NCBI GenBank assembly: GCA_016282315.1
Contig: JAEEKG010000108.1
Span: 5,535 to 69,534, forward strand
Origin: Clostridiales bacterium
GTDB taxonomy: Bacteria; Bacillota; Clostridia; Oscillospirales; CAG-272
Direction of reading: 5' to 3'
Length of the DNA: 64,000 nt
Position numbers and translations under genes: made by a program
The notes under the pieces: model-generated
The model's database searches: none
Told to the model about the DNA's origin: nothing
Seen by the model: the letters and a program-made list of their open reading frames with translations, nothing else
Part shown: positions 18,004 through 26,890 of the stretch, piece after piece
How positions within the stretch are numbered: the stretch's first letter is position 1
Layout: each line of letters begins with the position of its first letter

Positions 18004-19200
18004 TTAACCAATTGTGCTCAAAAACAGCGAAGCCAAGTCGGGATCAAATTGTGTTCCAACCCCTTCTTCGATTATTTTTCTGGCTTCTTCTTTTGAAAAT
18101 GCTCTTTTGTATACCCTTTCGGAGACAAGAGCATCATAAACATCGGCCAATGCCATAATTCTTGCTTCAACAGGTATTTCTTCACCTTTGAGTCCGCTTG
18201 GATAACCTGTGCCGTCAAATCTTTCGTGGTGATATTTTGCAATGTTGCAAGCTATGTTAAAGTACTCTTCTTTTTCAACATCCTGCATTGTCTTTTTTAT
18301 GATTTCCGTTCCATATTCGGCGTGTTTTTTCATCACTTCATATTCTTCACCGGTCAATCTTCCCGGTTTATTAAGAATTGCATCAGGTATTTTAATCTTT
18401 CCGATATCATGCATCGGTGCAGCCAAAACTACATTTTTGTAGTATTCATCAGTCAAATTTGTATATTTCTCCTGTTTTTTCATCTGAAGAATGAGATTTT
18501 TTACATAATCTTCCGTCCTAGTGATGTGACCACCTGTGTTTTCATCTCGCTCTTCGACAACGGTTGCAAGTGAAGTGATTACGCTTTGCTGAATAGACTC
18601 CACTCTCATGCCCTGGTAAATCTCACGAATGTTTCTTGAGCAGATTACTGAGTAAAGAATCATACCTACAACACAGAATGTTGCTGTGTTCATAACATCT
18701 AATGAAAAAATTTCTCTTGATTTGAAAAAATATGAAGAAACAAGGTATAATCCGGACTCCAGAATCATCACACTGTACATTCTTGCGGGTCTGTCGTCTA
18801 TACTCAATGGCAATATTGCAATAAAGACTATAATACTTGTCGCAGGAATTGCATAGTTGGTCGGTTGTGTGCTCAGAATTCCGGCGTACACGCATACAAG
18901 AATCATTTGCGAATAACACAAAATAATCCTGAAAATATCATTCATTTTGCGGTCCAGTGTTATTCTGTTCAAAATGAATACTACTGAGCTGCCTATAAAC
19001 AAGAAAAGGTACGGAAATAGCACTGATGAATGAGTCAGTGTGTTGAAAACAAAGAATCCTAGTCCCATTACTGCTGCAAGAATAGAAGTCACGCTCAAAA
19101 TATGAGTGTTTCTTGTCCAGACTTTGGATTTTATTAAATCGTATTCTTCTCTTTCCAATCCACAATAGAAAAAATATGATTTGATTCGATTGCTTTTCAT
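18004..19200 (-). CDS. HD-GYP c-di-GMP phosphodiesterase with N-terminal multi-TM domain
   Basis: HDIGKIKIP...HHERFDGTGYP. About 6 N-terminal TM segments. RBS AGGGGT. Confidence 0.85.
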   Translation of the reverse strand: MKSNRIKSYFFYCGLEREEYDLIKSKVWTRNTHILSVTSILAAVMGLGFFVFNTLTHSSVLFPYLFLFIGSSVVFILNRITLDRKMNDIFRIILCYSQMILVCVYAGILSTQPTNYAIPATSIIVFIAILPLSIDDRPARMYSVMILESGLYLVSSYFFKSREIFSLDVMNTATFCVVGMILYSVICSRNIREIYQGMRVESIQQSVITSLATVVEERDENTGGHITRTEDYVKNLILQMKKQEKYTNLTDEYYKNVVLAAPMHDIGKIKIPDAILNKPGRLTGEEYEVMKKHAEYGTEIIKKTMQDVEKEEYFNIACNIAKYHHERFDGTGYPSGLKGEEIPVEARIMALADVYDALVSERVYKRAFSKEEARKIIEEGVGTQFDPDLASLFLSTIG

Positions 19201-19305
19201 TTTTACCCCTAGTGTCGATTTTATCTAAGTGTCATGCAATAATTATATATTATATATCCGCACAAATCCACAAAAAAACTCACAAAACCTAGATGTTCAT
19301 TATTC

Positions 19306-19334
19306 TTGACTTTTTTCTTTTTGTGTGGTAAATA
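19306..19334 (+). promoter_or_regulatory. Sigma-A-type promoter
   Basis: TTGACT, 17-nt spacer, TGG-TAAATA. Confidence 0.45.
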
Positions 19335-19366
19335 CCAAATTGTAAATATTCAGAAAGGTCTATACT

Positions 19367-20515
19367 ATGGAGTCGTTGATTAAGAAAGAGCGCAATCCCG
19401 GAATCGAATTGTTCAGATGCGTTTCCATGATTATGATTATCATATTGCATGTGACAAATCAGGGCGGGGTTTTAGGTGCAACTGATTCTCAAAGCCCCTC
19501 ATATTTTGCTGCATACTTTTTGAAAGTCATAGGTTATTGCGCTGTTGACTGCTACGCTGTAATTTCAGGTTATGTAAATTCGGGAAAGAATTTCAGAGTA
19601 ACAAAGATTTTTTCAATGTGGCTTGAAGTAGTATTCTGGCTTGCAATTCCTGCCATAATTTGTCACTTTTTCATACCATCGGTCACAGTAACTCAGGATA
19701 AGTGGATAGAAGCTTTCATGCCTGTTTCCACAAAAGCTTATTGGTATTTTAACGCATATATTCTCCTGTTTGCTCTGATGCCCATATTGAACAGAGGACT
19801 TGAAGCTTTAACTGAAAAACAGCACAGATACATCATGATTTTCCTGTTTGTCACAGTGACATGCATGCCTTTTATAGGCGGAAGCGATTTGTTTGTTACA
19901 AGCAGCGGTTACAGCGGCATATGGCTAATTATACTATTCGTATTCGGAGCATATTTCAGACTGCACGGAATACCCAAATTTGCCAAATGGTATGTCACTC
20001 TACCTGCGTTCTTCTTGTCTGCCGGAGCCTCATGGGCGCTCGATCTACTCAGATTGGAATTGGCAAGAAGCGGAAAAGTTGAGAGCTCAGACTTACTGTA
20101 TAGATCTCTTGACAGGGCTTTGTCATATATCTCACCATTTATGGTAATCATGGCAATCAGCTTTTTGTGCCTGTTTGCACAAATGAAAATCAATGCTAAG
20201 CCATTGCGCAAAATATTGCCTATCATGGGAAGAGCTACATTCGGTGTTTATCTGTTCCATGTCGGAGACATGATCTGGGTACACTGGCTCAAAGGAAGAT
20301 ACAAAGATTTCGGAAGTTTTGAATGGTGGAAATTGCTTTTGGCCGTAATAGGCGTATCCATATTACTCTTTATAGTGTGGGATATAATTGCAATCGGAAG
20401 AATTTACCTGTTTAAATTGTGCGGGTTACCTTTCAAAAAGATCAAACAAAAAATAGAAAAGAAAAAAGAACAAAAAGTTCAAACAACTTCAGAAGACAAC
20501 AACGGGACTGCTTAA
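19367..20515 (+). CDS. Acyltransferase family 3 membrane O-acyltransferase
   Basis: 382 aa, about 10 TM segments. N-terminal ELFRCVSMIMIIILH signature. Confidence 0.7.
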   Translation: MESLIKKERNPGIELFRCVSMIMIIILHVTNQGGVLGATDSQSPSYFAAYFLKVIGYCAVDCYAVISGYVNSGKNFRVTKIFSMWLEVVFWLAIPAIICHFFIPSVTVTQDKWIEAFMPVSTKAYWYFNAYILLFALMPILNRGLEALTEKQHRYIMIFLFVTVTCMPFIGGSDLFVTSSGYSGIWLIILFVFGAYFRLHGIPKFAKWYVTLPAFFLSAGASWALDLLRLELARSGKVESSDLLYRSLDRALSYISPFMVIMAISFLCLFAQMKINAKPLRKILPIMGRATFGVYLFHVGDMIWVHWLKGRYKDFGSFEWWKLLLAVIGVSILLFIVWDIIAIGRIYLFKLCGLPFKKIKQKIEKKKEQKVQTTSEDNNGTA

Positions 20516-20532
20516 ACAGTCCCGATTTTTTT
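20503..20532 (+). terminator. Rho-independent terminator overlapping the stop codon
   Basis: cgggactg / cagtcccg stem followed by ATTTTTTT. Confidence 0.75.
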
Positions 20533-21319
20533 ATGTTTCAAGAATCGTTATCTTTGGATGATTATTTCTGAAAATGCTGTCAGTAGTATACAACATTGTA
20601 ATTTCATTCAGCAGATTGCCTTCGAGCACCGTCTCTTCACAATGAGATACGAATACATACAATTCTTTTGCACCTATTTTCTTAAGTTCAGCACACGCCA
20701 TAGATAAAGTCGTACCCGTTGCGCAAATGTCATCAATCATCAGGATGTTTTTGCCTTTGACTGAATCAGTATCTCCGTTAATGCTGAAACTGTCTATCTT
20801 TCTTGTTTTTTTGTCTCTGTGTTTCATTCCGAAAACGTAGTCATTTAAAAACAAACTGGAGTACCTTTTCACTGCACCCTCATCCGGATAGAACATCACA
20901 ACATCATCACCAATTTCATCAAGCACTTTCATGATTATATCTTTTGGAGTCGCAATTCTGATTCTATCTAATAGAGCTTCGCTGACATATGAGTGGGGGT
21001 CAAGAACTTCAACACATGTAAAATTCAAACTGTTGATGATATCAGCAAAGTATTTTAGTGTAAACACATTGTTGTCATCTTTGACTCTGTCGCGTCTTGC
21101 GTTAGGAATATACGGCATGACGAGTTTTATGTCTTGTATATTTTTTGTACGCATATGTTTAACAAGAAAACACAAAGCGACAAGCTCTTCATTAGAATCA
21201 AAGAGCCACTTTATTGTGTTGCATTGGCCAAACTGCAGAATATTTATATCTAATTTCAGATCAAGAGTTTTGTCATTGAAATGATTGAGTTTAACTTCTG
21301 TTCCGTTCAAAAAAATCAT
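20531..21319 (-). CDS. Ribose-phosphate pyrophosphokinase (Prs)-like phosphoribosyltransferase, short divergent form
   Basis: LVMPYIPNARRDR (compare Prs PY.YARQDR) and the PRTase loop ILMIDDICATGTT. ATG at 21319 with GAGGTG RBS. Confidence 0.6.
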   Translation of the reverse strand: MIFLNGTEVKLNHFNDKTLDLKLDINILQFGQCNTIKWLFDSNEELVALCFLVKHMRTKNIQDIKLVMPYIPNARRDRVKDDNNVFTLKYFADIINSLNFTCVEVLDPHSYVSEALLDRIRIATPKDIIMKVLDEIGDDVVMFYPDEGAVKRYSSLFLNDYVFGMKHRDKKTRKIDSFSINGDTDSVKGKNILMIDDICATGTTLSMACAELKKIGAKELYVFVSHCEETVLEGNLLNEITMLYTTDSIFRNNHPKITILET

Positions 21320-21407
21320 AATTGCACCTCGTCCGTATAAGTTTTTTCCGTAGTTATTGTAACATAAAGTATAGTTGTAACTCAAGGACTTGAGTGGCCT
21401 TGACTAT

Positions 21408-23339
21408 TTACTCAATTGTAATTATAGAGTGCACTTCAAGCTTATCCAGTTTTGTCACTACTCTGCCATCTTTATATTCATATTCCAATTCTTTTCCTGA
21501 TGGCATCTCAATTACTCTACGGGGTTTTAGTGGATACTCAATTGATACTTTCAAATCCATAATAGGCAGTATTTCATCAAAATTAGAAACTCTGCTGTTA
21601 GAGTGAGGAGTAGAATGATTTAGCAGATTAACATTTAATACTCCATTTTTTGTTGTCAGAACAACTTGAGCATAATGAGTGTTTTCAACAATCACTTTTT
21701 TAGTCTTGTATTGAACACTTATAGCTTTTTCAATGTAGTCCCTGGCTCCTGTAGTTTTAGCGTCCTGATAAGAACCGTAACTAGGATAAATGCCTACAAA
21801 AGTGCCTTTTCCATATTTGTTATATGTAGCTAAAACCTTTCTGTCACTTTCTCTTTCGTATCTGTCAGTATAGTAATAATCTAAGATTTCAGCACTCTCA
21901 GCTGTCACTTTGGCAGTCTTGGTTGTCAAAACTCCCGACTTATCTTTTATTTTAATCTTAGCTTCAAATTTGTCATCGTTTACTTCTACCCTGACACCTA
22001 ATTCTTTTTCAAAATATTTGGTTGAATCGGGTCCGCAAATTATTACTTCTCCGCCTTGTTTTACATAATTAATCAGCTTCTCTTTTATCTCATCTTCGAT
22101 TATATCAAGATTTCCTATAGCAATGAATTTGTATTGGGATAATTCTTCTTTGCTCATGGACATAACTTGATGAGACAAAAGTAATTCTGATGAATAACCT
22201 GCATCCAGAATAGCAAAGAGCAGCCCGTGTGTGTCTTCACCATAGTTATTTTTTGAATTCCATCTGAACAAATCCGTTTTGTGATTGTACACAGCTTTTT
22301 GGGACAATATTACGGCACCTTCGTGAACGGGACTGGCTTTGTGACATGTTGTTTCTCTAGCCCGGCAGAATTCAGCTAGTTTAGCCCATTTGTCTATGTG
22401 ATGCTTTTCAATTGTACCTGCTACTTGAGGGTTATATACTTCAAATCCTCCGCCTAAGGCTATGACTTCGCCTGCTTCAGCGCACAATTGTTCATATTCT
22501 TTGCTCACATAAGGATTAGTTGTAAAACCCCAGCACATAAGATCCCAGGCCTTTGTGCTGTTTTGCATTGCTCGTCCTTCAAATATTGCTGAATTGATAC
22601 TGTTTGTAGGAGCATAGTCACCTGAGATGAAATCCACACCAATTGTTTCATCTCCCGGAGAATACGAAGAATAGAGCCAATTGCTCGCGACTTGGAAATC
22701 CGGACACACTTTATGCACTTCATCACAATAATGCTTTACGTATTCAAAAAATTCTCTTCTGCAAAAATCCCTGTATTCTTTCAGTCCTGTTTCATCATCT
22801 TCTGAAGGAGCATCTAACCCTGTTTCTTTTTTGTATTTTTCTTTTGCCCAATGGCTAAAGTCTACTATTGCTCCCCAACAGTCGCCATCGACCCAGACTC
22901 CGTTAATATGCCAATCTTTAGCTAATTCTATCAGCTGCGGAATCATCAATTCATCAACATATGGACAGAAAACAGATGTGGCTCTTGTTTCAGGAGTGCC
23001 ATCTATCTTTACTGCAGCCCAGTCCGGATGACGAATAATTGCTTCAAAATCCCAGACACCTGAAAAGTGTGAATACAATGCGACATCGTGCTTTTGTGTC
23101 ACTTCTCTCCACATTTTCAAGATATCTCCCTTCATTTCAGGAGCCCTGTAGCCAACATTCGTTGGATAGCTTGAAATGCCTTGATGTCCTTTTGTGTCAC
23201 ATTGAATATAATCGGGTTTTACTTTTGTAAGCAATTCATCTATTGTGTCGTAATCGCAAAACTCGCCAATACCAGTTTGGTCATTATGTGCATGAAAATC
23301 AAAATGCATTCCGAAAAATGAATCTTTTCTTTTCTTCAT
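21408..23339 (-). CDS. Putative TIM-barrel glycoside hydrolase with central GATase1-like (GH42-trimerisation-like) domain
   Basis: 643 aa. It has the N-terminal FGMHFDFHA motif that I associate with hypothetical-GH (GHL6-type) barrels. The mid-region reads FIAIGNLD...VKQGGEVIICG. The family assignment is from memory only. Confidence 0.35.
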   Translation of the reverse strand: MKKRKDSFFGMHFDFHAHNDQTGIGEFCDYDTIDELLTKVKPDYIQCDTKGHQGISSYPTNVGYRAPEMKGDILKMWREVTQKHDVALYSHFSGVWDFEAIIRHPDWAAVKIDGTPETRATSVFCPYVDELMIPQLIELAKDWHINGVWVDGDCWGAIVDFSHWAKEKYKKETGLDAPSEDDETGLKEYRDFCRREFFEYVKHYCDEVHKVCPDFQVASNWLYSSYSPGDETIGVDFISGDYAPTNSINSAIFEGRAMQNSTKAWDLMCWGFTTNPYVSKEYEQLCAEAGEVIALGGGFEVYNPQVAGTIEKHHIDKWAKLAEFCRARETTCHKASPVHEGAVILSQKAVYNHKTDLFRWNSKNNYGEDTHGLLFAILDAGYSSELLLSHQVMSMSKEELSQYKFIAIGNLDIIEDEIKEKLINYVKQGGEVIICGPDSTKYFEKELGVRVEVNDDKFEAKIKIKDKSGVLTTKTAKVTAESAEILDYYYTDRYERESDRKVLATYNKYGKGTFVGIYPSYGSYQDAKTTGARDYIEKAISVQYKTKKVIVENTHYAQVVLTTKNGVLNVNLLNHSTPHSNSRVSNFDEILPIMDLKVSIEYPLKPRRVIEMPSGKELEYEYKDGRVVTKLDKLEVHSIITIE

Positions 23340-23413
23340 ACTTCCTCCGTATTATCAAATATTACTCTAATATTTTACCATAACAACTTGCTGTTTTGTA
23401 GCATCAGTTTCAA

Positions 23414-23442
23414 TTGAACAGCACTAATATTTTGTGTATAAT
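23414..23442 (+). promoter_or_regulatory. Sigma-A promoter of the glycerate kinase gene
   Basis: TTGAAC, 17-nt spacer, TATAAT. Confidence 0.6.
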
Positions 23443-23475
23443 TTCAAATATAAATCCAAAAGAATAGGTGAATAC

Positions 23476-24579
23476 ATGCACTACCTTATTGCAATAGATT
23501 CTTTCAAAGGATGTCTGTCTTCGGTGCAAGCTGCTGAAGCAATTAAAAAAGGACTAATAGAAAAAGATCCAGAATCCATCGTTAGAATTTGCCCCATGGC
23601 AGACGGCGGAGAAGGAACTCTGTTTGCTTTGACTGAAGAATACGAAAGATTCAGCGTTTTAACTAAAGCAAGCAACGGAAAAAGAAAATACGGACTTATA
23701 GGCATAAGAGAAGACAACGCCATAATTGAAATGGCACAATCTGTGGGCCTGGACAGTGTTGAACCTGATGAGAGAAATCCCGAATTGTCCACCACTTTCG
23801 GAGTCGGCATGATGATAGATTCTGCTTTGAAGAAAGGAATAAAGCATATCTATCTTTGCGTAGGCGGAAGCGGAACAAATGACGCAGGAGCCGGGATGCT
23901 CAGTGAACTAGGCGCTATTTTCTATAACAAAAACGGCAATGAGATTCACGATATTCGAGCTAAAGACTTAACTCTCATAGAAAAGGCGGATTTGTCCCGA
24001 GTCAAAGAGACACTGGCTGATACTCAAATTACAATAATAACGGATGTCAGAAACGAACTTCTCGGCGAGCAAGGAGCAAGCAAAGTGTTTGCCAAACAAA
24101 AAGGCGCAGATGAAGATATGATACTGCGTCTGGAAAAGAGCTTAGGCCACTATGCTGATGTACTTGAAAAACAGACAAAAAAGACAAACAGACATATCCC
24201 GGGAACAGGAGCAGGTGGCGGAATTGTCTATTCACTGACTTTTTTTGACAATGTCAACATTGTGTCAGGAGCCAGAGCTGTAATAGAGTATCAAGGGATA
24301 GAACAATTACTAGACGAAACAGATGTCCTCATAACAGGTGAAGGCTCAGTCGACGTTCAGAGCACATATGGAAAAACAATAGATGTTTTGTGTGAACTGG
24401 CGCAAAAGAAGAATAAACCTGTAATTGTTTTTTCGGGTAGATGTGAAAATCCGGATGAAATCTATAGCAAATATCCTTCAATAAAGAAAATTTATTCGAC
24501 CATGGATATTGCAAAAGATAAAACAGATTCAAAAAACAATGCTTCATTGTATTTACAGCAATTAGCAAAAAGTATCTAA
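23476..24579 (+). CDS. glxK: Glycerate kinase
   Basis: IAIDSFKG...PMADGGEGT...ITGEGSVD motifs. ATG at 23476 after AGGTG. Confidence 0.8.
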   Translation: MHYLIAIDSFKGCLSSVQAAEAIKKGLIEKDPESIVRICPMADGGEGTLFALTEEYERFSVLTKASNGKRKYGLIGIREDNAIIEMAQSVGLDSVEPDERNPELSTTFGVGMMIDSALKKGIKHIYLCVGGSGTNDAGAGMLSELGAIFYNKNGNEIHDIRAKDLTLIEKADLSRVKETLADTQITIITDVRNELLGEQGASKVFAKQKGADEDMILRLEKSLGHYADVLEKQTKKTNRHIPGTGAGGGIVYSLTFFDNVNIVSGARAVIEYQGIEQLLDETDVLITGEGSVDVQSTYGKTIDVLCELAQKKNKPVIVFSGRCENPDEIYSKYPSIKKIYSTMDIAKDKTDSKNNASLYLQQLAKSI

Positions 24580-24589
24580 ATGTAAAAAA

Positions 24590-24625
24590 ATACGTGTCCG
24601 TTAATTTGGGCACGTATTATTTTTG
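24590..24625. terminator. Bidirectional terminator (A-run / hairpin / T-run)
   Basis: atacgtgtcc / gggcacgtat, 10-bp stem including one G-U pair. Flanked by AAAAAAA and TATTTTTG. Confidence 0.65.
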
Positions 24626-26089
24626 TTATTTTGCATCTGGTCCTTTGTATTCAAGACAAAGCATCGTCAAATCATCAAATTGTTCTGCTTTATCCACAAA
24701 TGAGTCAACAGACGTTCTGACTTGCTTAAGAATACCTTCCGGAGAAACTGTAGTATCTTTGTTGAGTGAAGAAATCATACGATCAAGACCAAACAATTGT
24801 TCATTATTGTTTGTAGCTTCAGGAACGCCGTCTGTGTACAAGAACAGCTTGTCACCCGGATTCATTTGTAGCTCATATTCTTTATATTTAATACCTTCCA
24901 TGCTTCCGACTACCAATCCGTGTTTGTCATGGACAAGTTCAAATCCGACATCGCGCTTGCACAAAACTGGATACTCGTGTCCTGCATTGGAAGCAACAAG
25001 TTTACCTGTAGATATTTCAAGAATTCCGAGCCATACTGTAACAAACATGTCTTCTCTGTTATTTGCACAAATAGCAGCATTTGTGTCGGTCAGAATCTGG
25101 GAAGGAGATTTTCCTATCATTGCGTTGTTGGACAAAATGATCTTAGTTGCCATCATGAACAATGCAGCCGGTACGCCTTTTCCTGATACATCGGCCATAA
25201 CCATGCACAAGTGGTCATCATCAATGAGGAAGAAATCATAGAAGTCTCCGCCAACAGCTTTAGCAGGATCCATTGAAGCATAGATATCAAACTCTTTTCT
25301 TTCAGGGAAAGCTGGATATATGCTCGGAAGCATATCTGACTGAATGGAAGATGCCATATGCAGTTCGGTTTCTATCTTGGATCTGTCCATTTCCTGTTTC
25401 TGGTATTCTTCATTTTGTTTATTTACTATAACGGAGAACATTATGACAGCTGATCCTACTGTTGCGAATATAATAAACTGTACACCAAACAATATGGTCT
25501 GCAAAACAATTGCAACTACCGGAGATACCATATAGATCCAGAACGCAATATCGACCTTTTTATCGATGTTTTTATGATTGCGAATGAGCAAGAACATGTC
25601 CATTAAAAGCATTGTTAGAGGAACGAGATTTGACAAAACGTATAGGCTTCCTCTGTGGTAAACATTTGCATCATCGAAATAGAACATAAAGTTAGTAAAT
25701 CTGTCAACAATACAAATGACAACATGTACAAACAAAAGTGCAAAGAATAAATTTGCAAATAGTTTATAATGCTTTTGCTGCTTTGATACGACAAGAACAA
25801 GAAGCGACATCAATTGGGCCATTAATCCTGCTGTCACCATTTCTATGAATGTGACTACATATAATGCAGTTTTGACTCCGTCACCGGGTATGCCATCCAT
25901 CAATTGGCGAATTAGGTGTGAAGTGATGTACAAGATTATAAATGCAAAGAAAATCTGAAAATATCTTCTTACTTCTTTTCTCAAATGCCTTGATGAAGAA
26001 ATATGCAAAAAGCATAATCCGCAGACACCTATACCTACGGCAATAATGATTAAGTTTATTAAATTTACTACTGAAACACTGAATACCAT
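24626..26089 (-). CDS. Membrane-anchored SpoIIE/RsbU-type PP2C serine phosphatase (paralogue 3, orphan)
   Basis: 487 aa. Multi-TM N-terminus. The catalytic half is very similar to paralogue 1 (GGDFYDFF..ADVSGKGVPAALFMM..MFVTVWLGILEISTGKL..AGHEYP..QFDDLTML). Confidence 0.85.
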   Translation of the reverse strand: MVFSVSVVNLINLIIIAVGIGVCGLCFLHISSSRHLRKEVRRYFQIFFAFIILYITSHLIRQLMDGIPGDGVKTALYVVTFIEMVTAGLMAQLMSLLVLVVSKQQKHYKLFANLFFALLFVHVVICIVDRFTNFMFYFDDANVYHRGSLYVLSNLVPLTMLLMDMFLLIRNHKNIDKKVDIAFWIYMVSPVVAIVLQTILFGVQFIIFATVGSAVIMFSVIVNKQNEEYQKQEMDRSKIETELHMASSIQSDMLPSIYPAFPERKEFDIYASMDPAKAVGGDFYDFFLIDDDHLCMVMADVSGKGVPAALFMMATKIILSNNAMIGKSPSQILTDTNAAICANNREDMFVTVWLGILEISTGKLVASNAGHEYPVLCKRDVGFELVHDKHGLVVGSMEGIKYKEYELQMNPGDKLFLYTDGVPEATNNNEQLFGLDRMISSLNKDTTVSPEGILKQVRTSVDSFVDKAEQFDDLTMLCLEYKGPDAK

Positions 26090-26152
26090 CTGTTTTTCTC
26101 CCGTTGTAAATTGTTTTGCGGTAAAAAATATATGGCTATTATATCATGAAAA

Positions 26153-26176
26153 GTGCCGCGATGGTAGTCGCGGCAC
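26153..26176 (-). terminator. Terminator hairpin after the LytTR/LiaF-like pair
   Basis: gtgccgcga / tcgcggcac stem, followed on the minus strand by TTTTCAT. Confidence 0.55.
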
Positions 26177-26196
26177 GAATATTTTTTCTCATTAAA

Positions 26197-26889
26197 TTAC
26201 ACAAATTCTACTTCAACGGTTCCTGCAATATCTTCACAATCAATGTTGATTACCTGATCGCATACGGTTTCATCCTGGTGAGGAATTACAACTCTGCCAA
26301 CACAATCTTCAACAGTGTTTATTACAAGCCAATTCTTCGGGATCTGGATTACAACCCTTCCCGCAATGTCAGATACTTTGATTCTGCCATGGCCGGGATA
26401 TTTGTCTTTGTTTGTTATGTAAACTCTTACGCTTCCTGCAATATCATCTATGCTAGCATCGCTCAGATCGTTTTCAGCATTCAGATAAATCTCACTTCTG
26501 CCTGGATGATTAACATCAATACCGAGTATTCTTCTCTTATCTTTTGGAATTACCATTCCAACACCGGCAACGAGTAAGAACGCAGATAGAATTACTATCC
26601 AAACCGGGATAATATCTGCTCCGCCTTTACCAACCAAAATTGATATTGTTTGCTGGAACAAAAGGAATAATCCTGCTATTGGAAGGAATATTGTTGCATA
26701 TGTTCTGTCGACAAATATTTTAGCTATCCAGCCTACACACAAAACCGCCAAAAACAGTTTCCATGGAGACAGACCATACTCTTCAAAAGAAAAAACATTA
26801 AGGGAACTGAGTATTAAGCAAACTGCTGCCAGAATAATTGCTACACCCCAGAATATTGAACCATTTCTTACTTCTCTGTTCACTTTCAT
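26197..26889 (-). CDS. Four-TM membrane protein with LiaF/DUF2154-like C-terminal repeat domain
   Basis: 230 aa. Four N-terminal TM segments. The C-terminal half carries reiterated D(I/C)(A/V)G.V.V strands (DIAGSVRVYI, DIAGRVVIQI, DCVGRVVIPH, DIAGTVEVEF). Confidence 0.5.
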   Translation of the reverse strand: MKVNREVRNGSIFWGVAIILAAVCLILSSLNVFSFEEYGLSPWKLFLAVLCVGWIAKIFVDRTYATIFLPIAGLFLLFQQTISILVGKGGADIIPVWIVILSAFLLVAGVGMVIPKDKRRILGIDVNHPGRSEIYLNAENDLSDASIDDIAGSVRVYITNKDKYPGHGRIKVSDIAGRVVIQIPKNWLVINTVEDCVGRVVIPHQDETVCDQVINIDCEDIAGTVEVEFV

Positions 26890-26890
26890 C

